A DNA stretch of 64,000 bases from Thermoproteota archaeon (lineage in GTDB: Archaea; Korarchaeota; Korarchaeia; Korarchaeales; Korarchaeaceae), in NCBI GenBank assembly GCA_027491735.1, contig JAOZGP010000023.1:32001-96000 (forward strand). The letters run 5' to 3'. Position numbers and translations under genes: made by a program. Below are positions 29,110-38,538 of the stretch, one piece after another; the first letter of the stretch is position 1, and the number at the start of each line of letters is the position of its first letter. The notes beneath the pieces were generated by a model. That model ran no database searches and was not told the origin of the DNA. It saw nothing but the letters and a program-made list of their open reading frames with translations.

Positions 29110-29613
29110 CTAGCTTGAGGTTGAGGCTTTAGTCTCTGGGGTGACGGGAAATCGCATCCTGAAATCGATCCTGATGGAAAGCAGGGACTCCAGAAGTTCC
29201 TTCTCCGACTTAAAATCCCCCTCCTCCTCACACAAAACGAGGATCGGTTTGGAGAACCTGAGCTTCAGAGATCTCACCTCCTTAGCACTGCTGGCCTTCC
29301 CCACCTTTATCACATCCTCCCTTCGAGAGATCCAGTCATCTAGACCCACTAGCACGATGTAATCAGGTGGGATCTGAGAACTTCTGCTCACGAGGTTCAC
29401 GAGCTCCTCAACATTGAATACCTCACACCTCTGAGTTATCTGAGCGTGTCTCCTTCCTAGAAGGCAGAGGATCCCCGCTCCCTCGAGGTTATGGGACGGC
29501 TCTCTTGACACTCTATTCACGACAGCACTCCTGTATCCTCTGCTGGAGAGCTTTCTCATGATCGGCTGAAGAAGCTCCTTTCCTCTGCTCCCCACCAAGC
29601 AGACGACCTTCAT
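29110..29613 (-). CDS. MobB-like protein with degenerate P-loop
   Basis: [15 protein letters not shown]...[11 protein letters not shown] and PDYIVLVG resemble MobB; Walker A is incomplete. Confidence 0.45.
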   Translation of the reverse strand: MKVVCLVGSRGKELLQPIMRKLSSRGYRSAVVNRVSREPSHNLEGAGILCLLGRRHAQITQRCEVFNVEELVNLVSRSSQIPPDYIVLVGLDDWISRREDVIKVGKASSAKEVRSLKLRFSKPILVLCEEEGDFKSEKELLESLLSIRIDFRMRFPVTPETKASTSS

Positions 29614-29650
29614 AAGATCTTCAACTCCTGGAAAGAATAAAAAAGGTGGA

Positions 29651-30202
29651 GTGTCAAGTTACCCCATGATCGTCGTGGTTGGATCGACAAACCCCGTGAA
29701 AGTGGAGGCCACGGAGAATGCCTTCTCCAGAGCGTTCAATGAGGATGTTGAGGTTAGAAGTGTGAAGGTCGATAGTGGAGTGAGAAGCCAGCCTGTAGAC
29801 GAGGAGGTCATGATTGGAGCGATGAACAGGGCTAAAATGGCGATGAAGCTTGTTGAAGCAGACTTCTCAGTGGGCATAGAGGGAGGTCTCTTCAGGTTGT
29901 TTGGAAGGTATTTCTGCGCCGGCTTCGTGGTGGTGATGGATAGGTCTGGCAGGGTGGGAACCGGGACCAGTGGATGGTTTGAGTGCCCAGAGCCTTTCAT
30001 CCCCAAGATGCTCGCTGGAGAGGAGCTGGGAGAGATAATGGCTGAGATCTCAGGAGATCATGAGATAAAGAGGAAGATCGGGGCGATAGGATTCTTCACA
30101 AGAGGAGCTGTCTCCAGAAGCAGGCTCTATGAGCACGGAGTGCTCATGGCCTTAGCCAAGTTCATAGCGGGAGATAGATGGCCGCAGGTGATAAGGGATT
30201 AG
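29651..30202 (+). CDS. yjjX: Inosine/xanthosine triphosphatase (YjjX family)
   Basis: [30 protein letters not shown] and GAIGFFT motifs. Confidence 0.9.
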   Translation: MSSYPMIVVVGSTNPVKVEATENAFSRAFNEDVEVRSVKVDSGVRSQPVDEEVMIGAMNRAKMAMKLVEADFSVGIEGGLFRLFGRYFCAGFVVVMDRSGRVGTGTSGWFECPEPFIPKMLAGEELGEIMAEISGDHEIKRKIGAIGFFTRGAVSRSRLYEHGVLMALAKFIAGDRWPQVIRD

Positions 30203-30549
30203 ATCCTCGTGCAGCTCCCGATCTCCGATAGATCATAGAGGCTATCGACGAACGAGTGACGGATCTGAGAGTTATCTACCTCTGCTGGTTCTTGTAAAGC
30301 TCTGTTCTCTCCGAACATCGCAGACCCGACGTGAAATGAGACTCCTGGGACCAGAGCTTCATCATCCTCGATAGCGATCCAACCCGGGAGGCCCATGTCA
30401 GTGCATCAGTCAAGTGTGCCGTTCAACACTCCAGTTCTGAGGTTGGACTTCTTCTCAAGAAGCTTCAACTGCTGAGAAATGCCTTCTCACTCATCAGATT
30501 CCATCCAGCTCGATGGCTCAGGGGTATAATTGATATTAAGTATAAGTCC

Positions 30550-30734
30550 TTAGCTGGATCTCTTATTAACCTCGCTAAGCAGGTGACCGTGTTTCTCCAG
30601 CTTTTCCGAGATCTCCTTGTTTAGTAAGCTGGCTACCACAGCCCTGAACTTCTCATTCTTTCGAGCTCCTTCACCAGAAACCTTGACAGGAGCATGATTG
30701 CGGTTTCCCTCAAGAGCTTCTTTTCTAGGGACAA
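30550..30734 (-). pseudogene. Short frameshifted coiled-coil ORF directly after herA (paREP/DUF3782-like N-terminus)
   Basis: TTG at 30734 abuts the herA stop. One extra A at 30659-30661 joins MSLEKKLLRE...KELE to KNEKFRAVVASLLNKEISEKLEKH. Confidence 0.4.
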
Positions 30735-33431
30735 TTAAGGAGGATCTACGTGCCTCATTCTCCTCCAAGCTGCATGGGGAGGAGCTGCGGCCTTCGACGG
30801 GTAGACCTCCAGGCTCATCTCCACGTTCACGGGGAAGGGTATCGGACTCGCCATCCCCCAGATTATGGCCTCGTTGTCGTCCAGGCTCGGGAGGAAGCTT
30901 CTCATCGACTCGTCGCACTCAGTGTACCTCATTATAGCCTCCTGGTCGTTACCGTTCCTCAGTCTGAAGGAGGCTATGGTGTTGCACTGGCTTATGACGC
31001 TCTTGCTCAGATAGGCAGGCCTCTGACTCACCACAACGAATCCCAGATTGTATCCACCGCTCTGGCTTATGGCCTCCACGAAGGCCTGAGCAACCCCCGA
31101 GGAGTGGGGATCTCCGACTACGGGAGCACCTTTCTCAGGTATGAAATACTGTGCTTCCTCCACGAGCACTATCAGGGCGAAGTTCCCCTCTCTTCTCGAC
31201 TCCACCGCTCTTCTCAGGAGGTCCCTTATCATGTTTCTGGTGGCCAGGAACTGGTCCTCGTAGTTAGTGTCCAAACTGTAGTCCAATATCACCACATCGC
31301 TTGAGGAGAGGGCATCCAAGATGTCCCTCCCCTCCCCTCTCTCCCTCTCGATCCTGTGACCAAACCTCCGGAGTCTAGCCTTGATCTCTCTTATCTTCTG
31401 AATCCTGTCCTTAGATCCAAGCTCGTTCAGAAGGGTTGAGACCTCCGACAGAAGGTTATCCCTGTTCACTGGGAAACCCTTGGAGACTATGTCCTCCGCT
31501 GCCAAGACCACGATCCTCCACAGGGAGGTTCCAGGAGATATCTTCAACATCCTGGCGACGTCCTCCGGCTTGAGGAATCCAGACACTGGCACAAACCTCC
31601 TGTAGTCGTACATTACAGCAGCTTTGTTTTTTGTAAGTCCCTCGTACTCTCCTCTCCTATCCAGAACAAGAAACTTCGGCCTGACGTTCAGTCTCAGGGA
31701 CTTGAGTATCAGGTTCATGGAGAACGTGCTGTTGTGCACGAAGATTCCATTTGCCAAGAAGTTCTCACAGGAAAAGACTGAGAGGTCATACACGTAGTCG
31801 TTGTATTTCACCTTTCTGACCTCAACAACTTCGTCCACGTCGAGTTCTGAGGTCAGTATCCCTATGTACTCCCTTAGAGTAATTCCTTCTCCCTTGATAG
31901 GGTCGATGTAGGCATCCTTCACCTGTCTGAGAATCTCCTGCAGAACCCTCTTTCTCTGTACCAACCTGCCAAAGTACGGTTTCAGCTTTCGACATTTGTT
32001 CAGGACGACAGTGGGGATGGTTCTCGCGGGAATGTGCCCACTTGCCGCCACGTTCTCGGTGAGGAGAAGTAGAGATGGCTCATGAATGTAGAACCCATCC
32101 CAAACGTGGTTGAACGTCGGAACTCCCAAGAGATTCAAGGCCACCGAGACCTCCATCGATCTTCTCCGTGAGGAGGAGTAGAACCTTCTGAATACAGGAT
32201 GCTCCCCACTCCCGTTGTCCACAATCCAACTGGTCCTATCGAAGAACTCCTTTAGGGCCCTGCTCCTAGGAGATCCGAGTCTTATATCTCCATACTCCAC
32301 TCTCTCATTCGAAAGTCCCGCCAGAGACAGAAATCCTCCTCTAACAAGCTCCGTCATCTCACTGTCATAGATCTCTATCCCTCCGCTCAACCTGGAGTAC
32401 GAAACTCCAGCCGCCTCGGCCATGAGCTCGAGCTCGGACAGATCCTCTGAGTATATTGTGATGCACTCGTCTTTGGCGATTCCGTCAGCGACTGCTGCTC
32501 CAAGAAGCTCCGCCTTGGCGGGATCCATCTTTCTCTTGGAAGGGATGAGAATCTTCCTGGGAACGAATACCCAGAAGTTCCCTCTCTTCAGCTTCTCGGG
32601 TCCTGTAAGCTTTATCCTTCTCCCATCCCATACGTATATCCCATGGCCTTCTGTAAGCTTTATCCTTCTCCCATTCTTCGTGATCACCTCATAGATCTCC
32701 TCCGCTGGCTCGTGCCTTATGACTGCTCTTATTGGCATCCACACGGGAGTCATAGATCTGAAGTCCATCGCCACGGTGTAGTAGCAAGATGAATCCAGGG
32801 TGACGAGGTCCCTTCCGGAGTCGCCAGCCATGCGTCTATAGAACTCATCTATCCTCAAGATCTCCACAGTTCTCACGTCAGCGTCGAAGATGACCACTAA
32901 TGTGTCTCCCGAAACACTCTTTCCTGATCTAGTCATCCCGGAAATGAACAGGTGCCCTCTAGCTATCCCGTCCAGGTCCATGCTGAAGAGAACATCAGTT
33001 CCCTTTATCCTCCCGACCACAACTCCAAGGCTCTGTCTTCCATATCTGAAGAACTCGTTGACCATCTCCTTATCGGGAAGAAAAACAGGAGAGGAAGTGG
33101 AGGGAGGGGCCTCGAGTTTGTACAGCTTGTTTGATCCGGGAATCTTATAGCCGAGAACCTCACACTCAGCGATCAGATATTCCAGATCATTCTGAAAATC
33201 CGAGTTTACCCCGAGGCTGCTAGCCATCACAGCGGTCCTTCCGACGTCCATCTCCTCGTTCACGGAGTATATGTTGTGGACTCTCATCATCAGGACCGCT
33301 TCTGGATACCACGGATGAACTGTCGCCACGAAAGATCCAATTCCAACTCTGCTCTCCCTTCTGATGACGAAGTTCACCCTGGAGGGTGTTGAGCGAGACA
33401 TCACCGAGCCAACCACTTCTCCTCGTATCAA
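30735..33431 (-). CDS. herA: HerA-family ATPase/helicase, intein-containing (502-aa extein)
   Basis: N-terminal HAS-barrel-like region; GHLFISGMTRSGK|ST Walker A, LDRRGEY, Walker B VLVEEAQYF, VSQRP and SQCNT motifs. Confidence 0.9.
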   Translation of the reverse strand: MIRGEVVGSVMSRSTPSRVNFVIRRESRVGIGSFVATVHPWYPEAVLMMRVHNIYSVNEEMDVGRTAVMASSLGVNSDFQNDLEYLIAECEVLGYKIPGSNKLYKLEAPPSTSSPVFLPDKEMVNEFFRYGRQSLGVVVGRIKGTDVLFSMDLDGIARGHLFISGMTRSGKSVSGDTLVVIFDADVRTVEILRIDEFYRRMAGDSGRDLVTLDSSCYYTVAMDFRSMTPVWMPIRAVIRHEPAEEIYEVITKNGRRIKLTEGHGIYVWDGRRIKLTGPEKLKRGNFWVFVPRKILIPSKRKMDPAKAELLGAAVADGIAKDECITIYSEDLSELELMAEAAGVSYSRLSGGIEIYDSEMTELVRGGFLSLAGLSNERVEYGDIRLGSPRSRALKEFFDRTSWIVDNGSGEHPVFRRFYSSSRRRSMEVSVALNLLGVPTFNHVWDGFYIHEPSLLLLTENVAASGHIPARTIPTVVLNKCRKLKPYFGRLVQRKRVLQEILRQVKDAYIDPIKGEGITLREYIGILTSELDVDEVVEVRKVKYNDYVYDLSVFSCENFLANGIFVHNSTFSMNLILKSLRLNVRPKFLVLDRRGEYEGLTKNKAAVMYDYRRFVPVSGFLKPEDVARMLKISPGTSLWRIVVLAAEDIVSKGFPVNRDNLLSEVSTLLNELGSKDRIQKIREIKARLRRFGHRIERERGEGRDILDALSSSDVVILDYSLDTNYEDQFLATRNMIRDLLRRAVESRREGNFALIVLVEEAQYFIPEKGAPVVGDPHSSGVAQAFVEAISQSGGYNLGFVVVSQRPAYLSKSVISQCNTIASFRLRNGNDQEAIMRYTECDESMRSFLPSLDDNEAIIWGMASPIPFPVNVEMSLEVYPSKAAAPPHAAWRRMRHVDPP
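31731..32918 (-). mobile_element. Intein (396 aa) inserted after the Walker A Lys of HerA, with a degenerate LAGLIDADG-like region
   Basis: Block A SVSGDTLV, block B IKLTEGH, block C-like ELLGAAVADG, block F YVYDLSV and block G NGIFVHN followed by a +1 Ser. Confidence 0.92.
32603..32674 (+). repeat. Perfect 24-bp direct repeat (48-nt period) inside the intein
   Basis: CTGTAAGCTTTATCCTTCTCCCAT at 32603-32626 and 32651-32674; encodes GRRIKLT twice. Confidence 0.9.
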
Positions 33432-34519
33432 ATCAGATCCTCCCCGTACTGCGGACCAAAAGCATGCAAGACGAGCTGATCTCCAACCTCCCTCACCAAC
33501 TCAGAGAGCATCCTGCGGTAGATCATCCTGACGAACTCGGTCTTCATCTTGGAGAGTCTATCAACAGCCACGACAGGAAGGGGTATCCCTACATCAGGCG
33601 TGCTCAAGTTGTAGAGGTGAGAGATCAGCTCATTTAGGTGGGGAATTGCATACTCGGGGAGATCCAAGCGAACAGGAGATCTCACACCGAATTTAGCGAA
33701 TGAGGAATATATCTTGAGCTCCGAGGGGCTTACCCCCGATTCCTTGCACCAGAGGACTAACTGATCCCACATCCAATCGGCCGGGAAAGGAGAGGTGAAT
33801 TCTCCCCTGTACAACATCCCGGAGGTGAGAGCAGCATCCGGAATTTGTCTTTCGCTAGGAACTCCGGAGGCCCTAGAGATCATCGAGCTTCGAACTCTTT
33901 TCACGACGCCCACAACAGGTATATCCTGTTCTCTAGCCTCATCAAGCAGGAGGACAAGCTCTCTTCCAGCATCTGAAAAAGTCTTGATGTAAAGCCTGCT
34001 ATATCTCCTCGAGTTGGGGGAGAAGTGAGTGGAGCTCATGTTGAGAGGCCCATCTATCAGAACAGCATCGACGGAGGAGAGAAACTTACGAGCGAGTTTG
34101 AACTGAAGTAGAAAGCCAACAAGACCAGCTATCTTTCTTCCTTCCTCAGGATCATCACTCCTTGGAAGGAGAGTAGCGGCTATCATTGGTTTATGAAGCT
34201 TTCTAGCTCCCTGAAAGGTAGCAGAAACTCCGAACACCAGAGGAATGTACCCCAGGAGGGACTCCGGACCATTAAATCCTGAATCCACGGCAGCGGTGCA
34301 GAAGTGCGAACTGTCTACCTCAGCGCACCTCTTGATCTTCAGGAGGTCCTGAAGCCTGGAGATGAGTTCCCTCAAGTCTCTGAGCGACCTCTCAATTCTA
34401 TCCTTGCCATCCTCGACCACCAGCCTCACGACTTTGTTTACTTGCTCGAAGTCACTAAGGTAGACTTTGTAGGGCTGTTCCTTCTGAAGGTACCTCTCCA
34501 GGGTGACTCGCTGCATCAC
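33428..34519 (-). CDS. nurA: NurA-family nuclease
   Basis: AAVDSG, VLIDGPL, VVGVVKR, VRLD and GIPLPVVAVDRLSK motifs; 4-nt overlap with herA. Confidence 0.85.
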   Translation of the reverse strand: MMQRVTLERYLQKEQPYKVYLSDFEQVNKVVRLVVEDGKDRIERSLRDLRELISRLQDLLKIKRCAEVDSSHFCTAAVDSGFNGPESLLGYIPLVFGVSATFQGARKLHKPMIAATLLPRSDDPEEGRKIAGLVGFLLQFKLARKFLSSVDAVLIDGPLNMSSTHFSPNSRRYSRLYIKTFSDAGRELVLLLDEAREQDIPVVGVVKRVRSSMISRASGVPSERQIPDAALTSGMLYRGEFTSPFPADWMWDQLVLWCKESGVSPSELKIYSSFAKFGVRSPVRLDLPEYAIPHLNELISHLYNLSTPDVGIPLPVVAVDRLSKMKTEFVRMIYRRMLSELVREVGDQLVLHAFGPQYGEDLI

Positions 34520-34699
34520 GTCACCAACCCGAGGAAACCTTCCGGAGATTTAAATCCTTTTGTTATTTTTCAACTCCATTGTAAGATAATCTTTTATTCA
34601 TAAAAATATTTTTCGTGAGGCAGAGGAAAATTGTACAGATAGGCTTAATTTGGATGCATAAGTTTTTATAAAAAATGTCAAAAAGAAATTTACGATACC
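34520..34699. promoter_or_regulatory. AT-rich divergent promoter between nurA and the CARF-HTH gene
   Basis: Palindromes GATTTAAATC (34547-34556), AAAAATATTTTT (34602-34613) and TTTTTATAAAAA (34663-34674). Confidence 0.55.
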
Positions 34700-35416
34700 A
34701 TGGAGAAGAGGCTCCTAATAACAAGCACAGATCAAAGCGATAAGGCAATAGAACAAGTGCTAAAAATGATTAAACCAGAATACATATGTCTCATCCAAGA
34801 TCTAGATGGAAAATTCTCTCTCAGTGACGATCTTATGGAGAAGATTGAGTGGCTGATTGGAGACAACCTGATCTACGTGAAAGCGAACCTAATGGACTTT
34901 CATCAGGTCATGGATGTGACCTCTGAGGTCGTCGACATGGCACGAGCTCAGGGTGTGGAGAAGATCTTCGTGAACGTCTCGCCTGGAAGCACTCCAGCCT
35001 CCCTAGCCCTCTACATGTCGGCCAGCGTCAGAGGTCTGGAGGCTGTTTTTGCTCACAAAGAGGCAATCAAGGTCCCTGTGATTCCCTATGATGATCTTCC
35101 TGAACAAGCTATAGAGATACTCAGGGTGCTCCTGGAGGACTTCGATGGAAGAGCATCTCTTTCGGAGCTTGCTGAGAGAGCAAATGTTGGAAGGAACAGG
35201 AGGAGAGGAAGAGGAAGGAGCAAAGTCGCTCTGGTCGATTATTACATAAATAAGTACCTAAAACCAAGGGAGTATGTTAATACGGAATATGACAGGCGCG
35301 AGCTTTACATCTCTCTAAGTGAAAAAGGTGAGAACCTAGCCAAGAGAAGTAGAGATCTTACAGTCTTTCCAGTGAGGATGGAGAGAGCCGTGGAGGTGAA
35401 GCAGGATGGAGCTTGA
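34700..35416 (+). CDS. CARF-like Rossmann domain plus winged-HTH transcriptional regulator (Csa3/DUF6293-like)
   Basis: DFHQVM...KIFVNVSPGSTPASLALYMSA CARF motif; C-terminal EILRVL...SLSELAE...ISLSEKG wHTH. Confidence 0.7.
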   Translation: MEKRLLITSTDQSDKAIEQVLKMIKPEYICLIQDLDGKFSLSDDLMEKIEWLIGDNLIYVKANLMDFHQVMDVTSEVVDMARAQGVEKIFVNVSPGSTPASLALYMSASVRGLEAVFAHKEAIKVPVIPYDDLPEQAIEILRVLLEDFDGRASLSELAERANVGRNRRRGRGRSKVALVDYYINKYLKPREYVNTEYDRRELYISLSEKGENLAKRSRDLTVFPVRMERAVEVKQDGA

Positions 35417-35705
35417 AACTCTCAGAGAGAAGTTGGCAGGTATTCTCCTGAAGACGGAAGAACCTCTTTCAGCCTCTGAGCTCGCGAGGAGGTTAGATCT
35501 GGATCCGAGAAGAGGTGCGAGAATTGTCTACGAAATGCTCCCTCATGTCTCCAAGTCCATAAGAGCTAGATACGGGAAACAGGTTTATTTTGAACCTCCA
35601 ACCTGCAGAAAATGTGGTTTTACTTTCTCCTCCTTCAGGAAACCTCACAAGTGCCCCAAGTGTGGAAGCGAGTGGGTAGACCCTCCCAGGTTTTTTGTAA
35701 AATAG
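35406..35705 (+). CDS. wHTH plus Zn-ribbon transcriptional regulator (COG3357-like)
   Basis: PLSASELARRL HTH; PPTCRKCGFTF...KPHKCPKCGSEWVDPPRF. Confidence 0.85.
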   Translation: MELETLREKLAGILLKTEEPLSASELARRLDLDPRRGARIVYEMLPHVSKSIRARYGKQVYFEPPTCRKCGFTFSSFRKPHKCPKCGSEWVDPPRFFVK

Positions 35706-35802
35706 GGAATTTAATGACCCAAAGAATGGGAAAATGATAATGAAAATAAATAAAATAATATAAAGGATAAGGAAAAGGTGAGAGAACAACGCGTCTGTCC
35801 TT

Positions 35803-36906
35803 TCAGCTTTCCTTCGCTTCGGATTCCTCAATGTTCTCTCCGAGAACGGCTTTTCTTATCTTCTCTATCTTCTTTCTTGGTAGAGCAAAGACTGGCTTCT
35901 CCGGCAGAAGGCCTTGAGGTCTGAATAGAGATATAGCTATTATCACCAGACCCACGAGCATGTACTCCAGCCAGTTCGGGTTTATGGGTATAACCGATCC
36001 AATTAGATCCTTGTAGGTGTAGATCAAGGTCCTCACTATGGAGAACACGAGAACACCAACCAGCATACCTACGTTGTTTCCGGTTCCACCCAGCATCATG
36101 TAGGCCCAAGGCCAGAAGGTCCATGTCAGCCTGCTGTAAGACACCGCCTTGAAGCTTCCTGTATAGAGAGCCCAGAGAGCGCCGCCCATGGCTGCCAGAG
36201 CACCGCCTATTATCAACACTCTAGCCCTGAGAGCCACTATATCCTTGCCGTAAACCTCAGCTGCCAAAGGAGCGTCCCTCATTGCCTTGAGAGACCTCCC
36301 AAACGGAGACCTAGCTATCCTTTCGGCGTAGGCGAAAACCAAGAGAGCAATTCCTAGTATTATGAAGGTGGCTCCTACGAACCTCACAGGACCGGTGCCT
36401 ATCCACCTGAAGACGTCCGGGATCATGACGCCCTCGGTCCCTCCAGCTATTGGATCATAGTTCCACACCACCAGCTGGAGGACGTCACCGAAAGCAAGTA
36501 GAGTTATACCCAGATAGGCCTCTTCAAGTCTCAAAGCAGGATAAGAGCACAGATATCCGACAATACCTCCTAGGATTGCTGCTATTATCAAGGTGAGCAC
36601 GAGCATCGTTATTGAAAGCGTAGGGCTCTGGGCCAGGAGCCTGCTGAGCTCATCCACTAGTTTGTAGTTTATCAGATGGTTAGCGTACTCCACACCGGAG
36701 GGTTTACCGTAAATCGATGCAACTATCCTCCCGGTGATCCCTCCAGCGACTAGAGCTCCCATCAAAACCGTCAGGACCCTTCCAAACTGAGGTATGTCTG
36801 CAAAACCAACCTCCAAGTTCAAGCTTATTGTGACTATTAAACCCACTGCGAAGTTTATCAGGATATTTAACAGGAGAGGATTAGCGAAGATGTCCTCTAT
36901 CCCCAT
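35803..36906 (-). CDS. livM: Branched-chain amino acid ABC transporter permease (LivM-like)
   Basis: SLNLEVGFA, LRLEEAYLGITLL, SPFGRSLKAMRD and LGGTGN motifs. Confidence 0.85.
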   Translation of the reverse strand: MGIEDIFANPLLLNILINFAVGLIVTISLNLEVGFADIPQFGRVLTVLMGALVAGGITGRIVASIYGKPSGVEYANHLINYKLVDELSRLLAQSPTLSITMLVLTLIIAAILGGIVGYLCSYPALRLEEAYLGITLLAFGDVLQLVVWNYDPIAGGTEGVMIPDVFRWIGTGPVRFVGATFIILGIALLVFAYAERIARSPFGRSLKAMRDAPLAAEVYGKDIVALRARVLIIGGALAAMGGALWALYTGSFKAVSYSRLTWTFWPWAYMMLGGTGNNVGMLVGVLVFSIVRTLIYTYKDLIGSVIPINPNWLEYMLVGLVIIAISLFRPQGLLPEKPVFALPRKKIEKIRKAVLGENIEESEAKES

Positions 36907-36921
36907 TCTCTATCCCTCCCT

Positions 36922-37860
36922 TTAGATCTTCACTCCAAGCTTGCCCAGAACCTTCTTCCAGTCTATCGTTGCCAGGCCTCGCGGGAAGAACAGCAGAGTT
37001 ATCACCATGGCGACCATTGGTATGATGGGTCTGTACGCACAGATCCATCCTCCAAGAGCGACCGATAAAGAGTAGGTTCCAAGCTGCTCAACCATGCCTA
37101 TGAGAAATCCTCCCAGTATGCTTGCAATGATGCTGTCCAACCCTCCGACAATGGATCCGGCAAAGAGTGTTACTAAGATAGTCATGCCAACAGACGGATA
37201 TCCACTTATAGTCAAAGATAAGAAAGCTCCACTTAGGCCAGCCATTCCACCTCCAAGTAACCAGGCCGCCAGATATATCTTCTCGGGATTTATTCCCAGC
37301 ACCTGAGCCAGCTCCGGGTTTTCTATGGTCGTTCTCATGGCTATTCCGAAGTTAGTTCTTGTCATAAATAGATATATTCCTATAGTTACTAGTATGACAG
37401 ATATAAACGATACTACGGGAACGGCCCTTATCTCCGTGGCCCCCATCCTCATGATGATTGGATCCTTCAGCTCCATCACGAAGTATCTGGCGCTCAGCTT
37501 GTAGACCTCTGTAAGGTAGTCAGCGAACACATTTAGGAATGCGAAGAAGATCAAATCCACACCCAAAGTGGACATCATCAGGGTTACCATGTCTGCTTTT
37601 CTCTTCAGAAGATACCTGTTGACGAAGAAGTATGTCACAAATCCTAAAAATGCGGAGAAAAGTGCAGCTGGAATCACATAGTAGTAAGGACTTCCGCCGA
37701 GCAGAGACATCATAGCATACACTATGTAGAAACCCCAAGCCACCTTGGACGCGTGAGCAAAGTTGAACGTGCCGGTTGCCATGTATATCAGCGTTATACC
37801 CGCAGCCGCCAGAGCTATACCACCAGAATAGGCAATTGCTCTCGTAAATATCTCTATCAA
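36922..37860 (-). CDS. livH: Branched-chain amino acid ABC transporter permease (LivH-like)
   Basis: GITLIY...FNFAH, TNFGIAMR and ENPELAQVLGIN motifs. Start moved to TTG 37860 after a GGGGGTG RBS. Confidence 0.85.
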   Translation of the reverse strand: MIEIFTRAIAYSGGIALAAAGITLIYMATGTFNFAHASKVAWGFYIVYAMMSLLGGSPYYYVIPAALFSAFLGFVTYFFVNRYLLKRKADMVTLMMSTLGVDLIFFAFLNVFADYLTEVYKLSARYFVMELKDPIIMRMGATEIRAVPVVSFISVILVTIGIYLFMTRTNFGIAMRTTIENPELAQVLGINPEKIYLAAWLLGGGMAGLSGAFLSLTISGYPSVGMTILVTLFAGSIVGGLDSIIASILGGFLIGMVEQLGTYSLSVALGGWICAYRPIIPMVAMVITLLFFPRGLATIDWKKVLGKLGVKI

Positions 37861-38194
37861 CGCATCGACACCCCCTCGTAACCTACGTGACTGAAACAAC
37901 GATATCCTATTGTGACGCTTCTCTTGAAGGGAGAATTGCATTTTTTAAACTTTTTGTTTTGAGTTAATAACTTTAACTCTTTCAAAAACATTAATCCCTT
38001 CTGTGGAGAACTGTCAGAAGTATCGCTACAGTGACATGATAGAATCCCTCAGAAAAAACTCCCTAGCATCGGATAGGAGAAAAGACAAGAGTTTATGGAA
38101 ACCTATCTGTTCTGAGGATCGTTGAGGTAGGTTTTGAGGACAGAGATCTTTTGAAAGTGGTCTCTGAGAGTGTGAGATCCAAACCGGGTTTCAG

Positions 38195-38240
38195 GACGAT
38201 CACCACCTGGGTCCCTCGACGATCACCACCTGGGTCCCTC
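38195..38240 (+). repeat. Perfect 23-bp tandem duplication in the liv intergenic region
   Basis: GACGATCACCACCTGGGTCCCTC at 38195-38217 and 38218-38240. Confidence 0.92.
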
Positions 38241-38538
38241 TTTGATTTGAAGATCTGGGGATCTAGAACTATGATCGACACTGTTTTAGACAAAAAGCTC
38301 CTGTCTAAAGATAAGTCGACACGTCCTGGAGAGATGATGGTTTTTGTATAACGATGCCTCAGCAAACCCTCCTGAGCAAAGTAAAAAATTTTACTGAATT
38401 TATCGATATCAGCTCCTACGAAGTTTTCCTTAGGATTTCAGTTAAGTCAGTTGTGCTTATCCTCTTGCTTCAGAAAAAAATTTATATTAGTCCTGGTGAC
38501 TCCTAGGATAGATCAACTCTCGAGGAGGTCTAAGAGAT

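Noticed and set aside
30199-30396. Short ORF resembling an M24 peptidase C-terminal fragment (DDEALVPGVSFHV)
   Set aside because: The similarity is limited to about a dozen residues, too weak to call.
30440-30520. Hammerhead-like CTGATGAG followed by a hairpin on the minus strand
   Set aside because: The required GAAA after stem II and stems I/III are absent.
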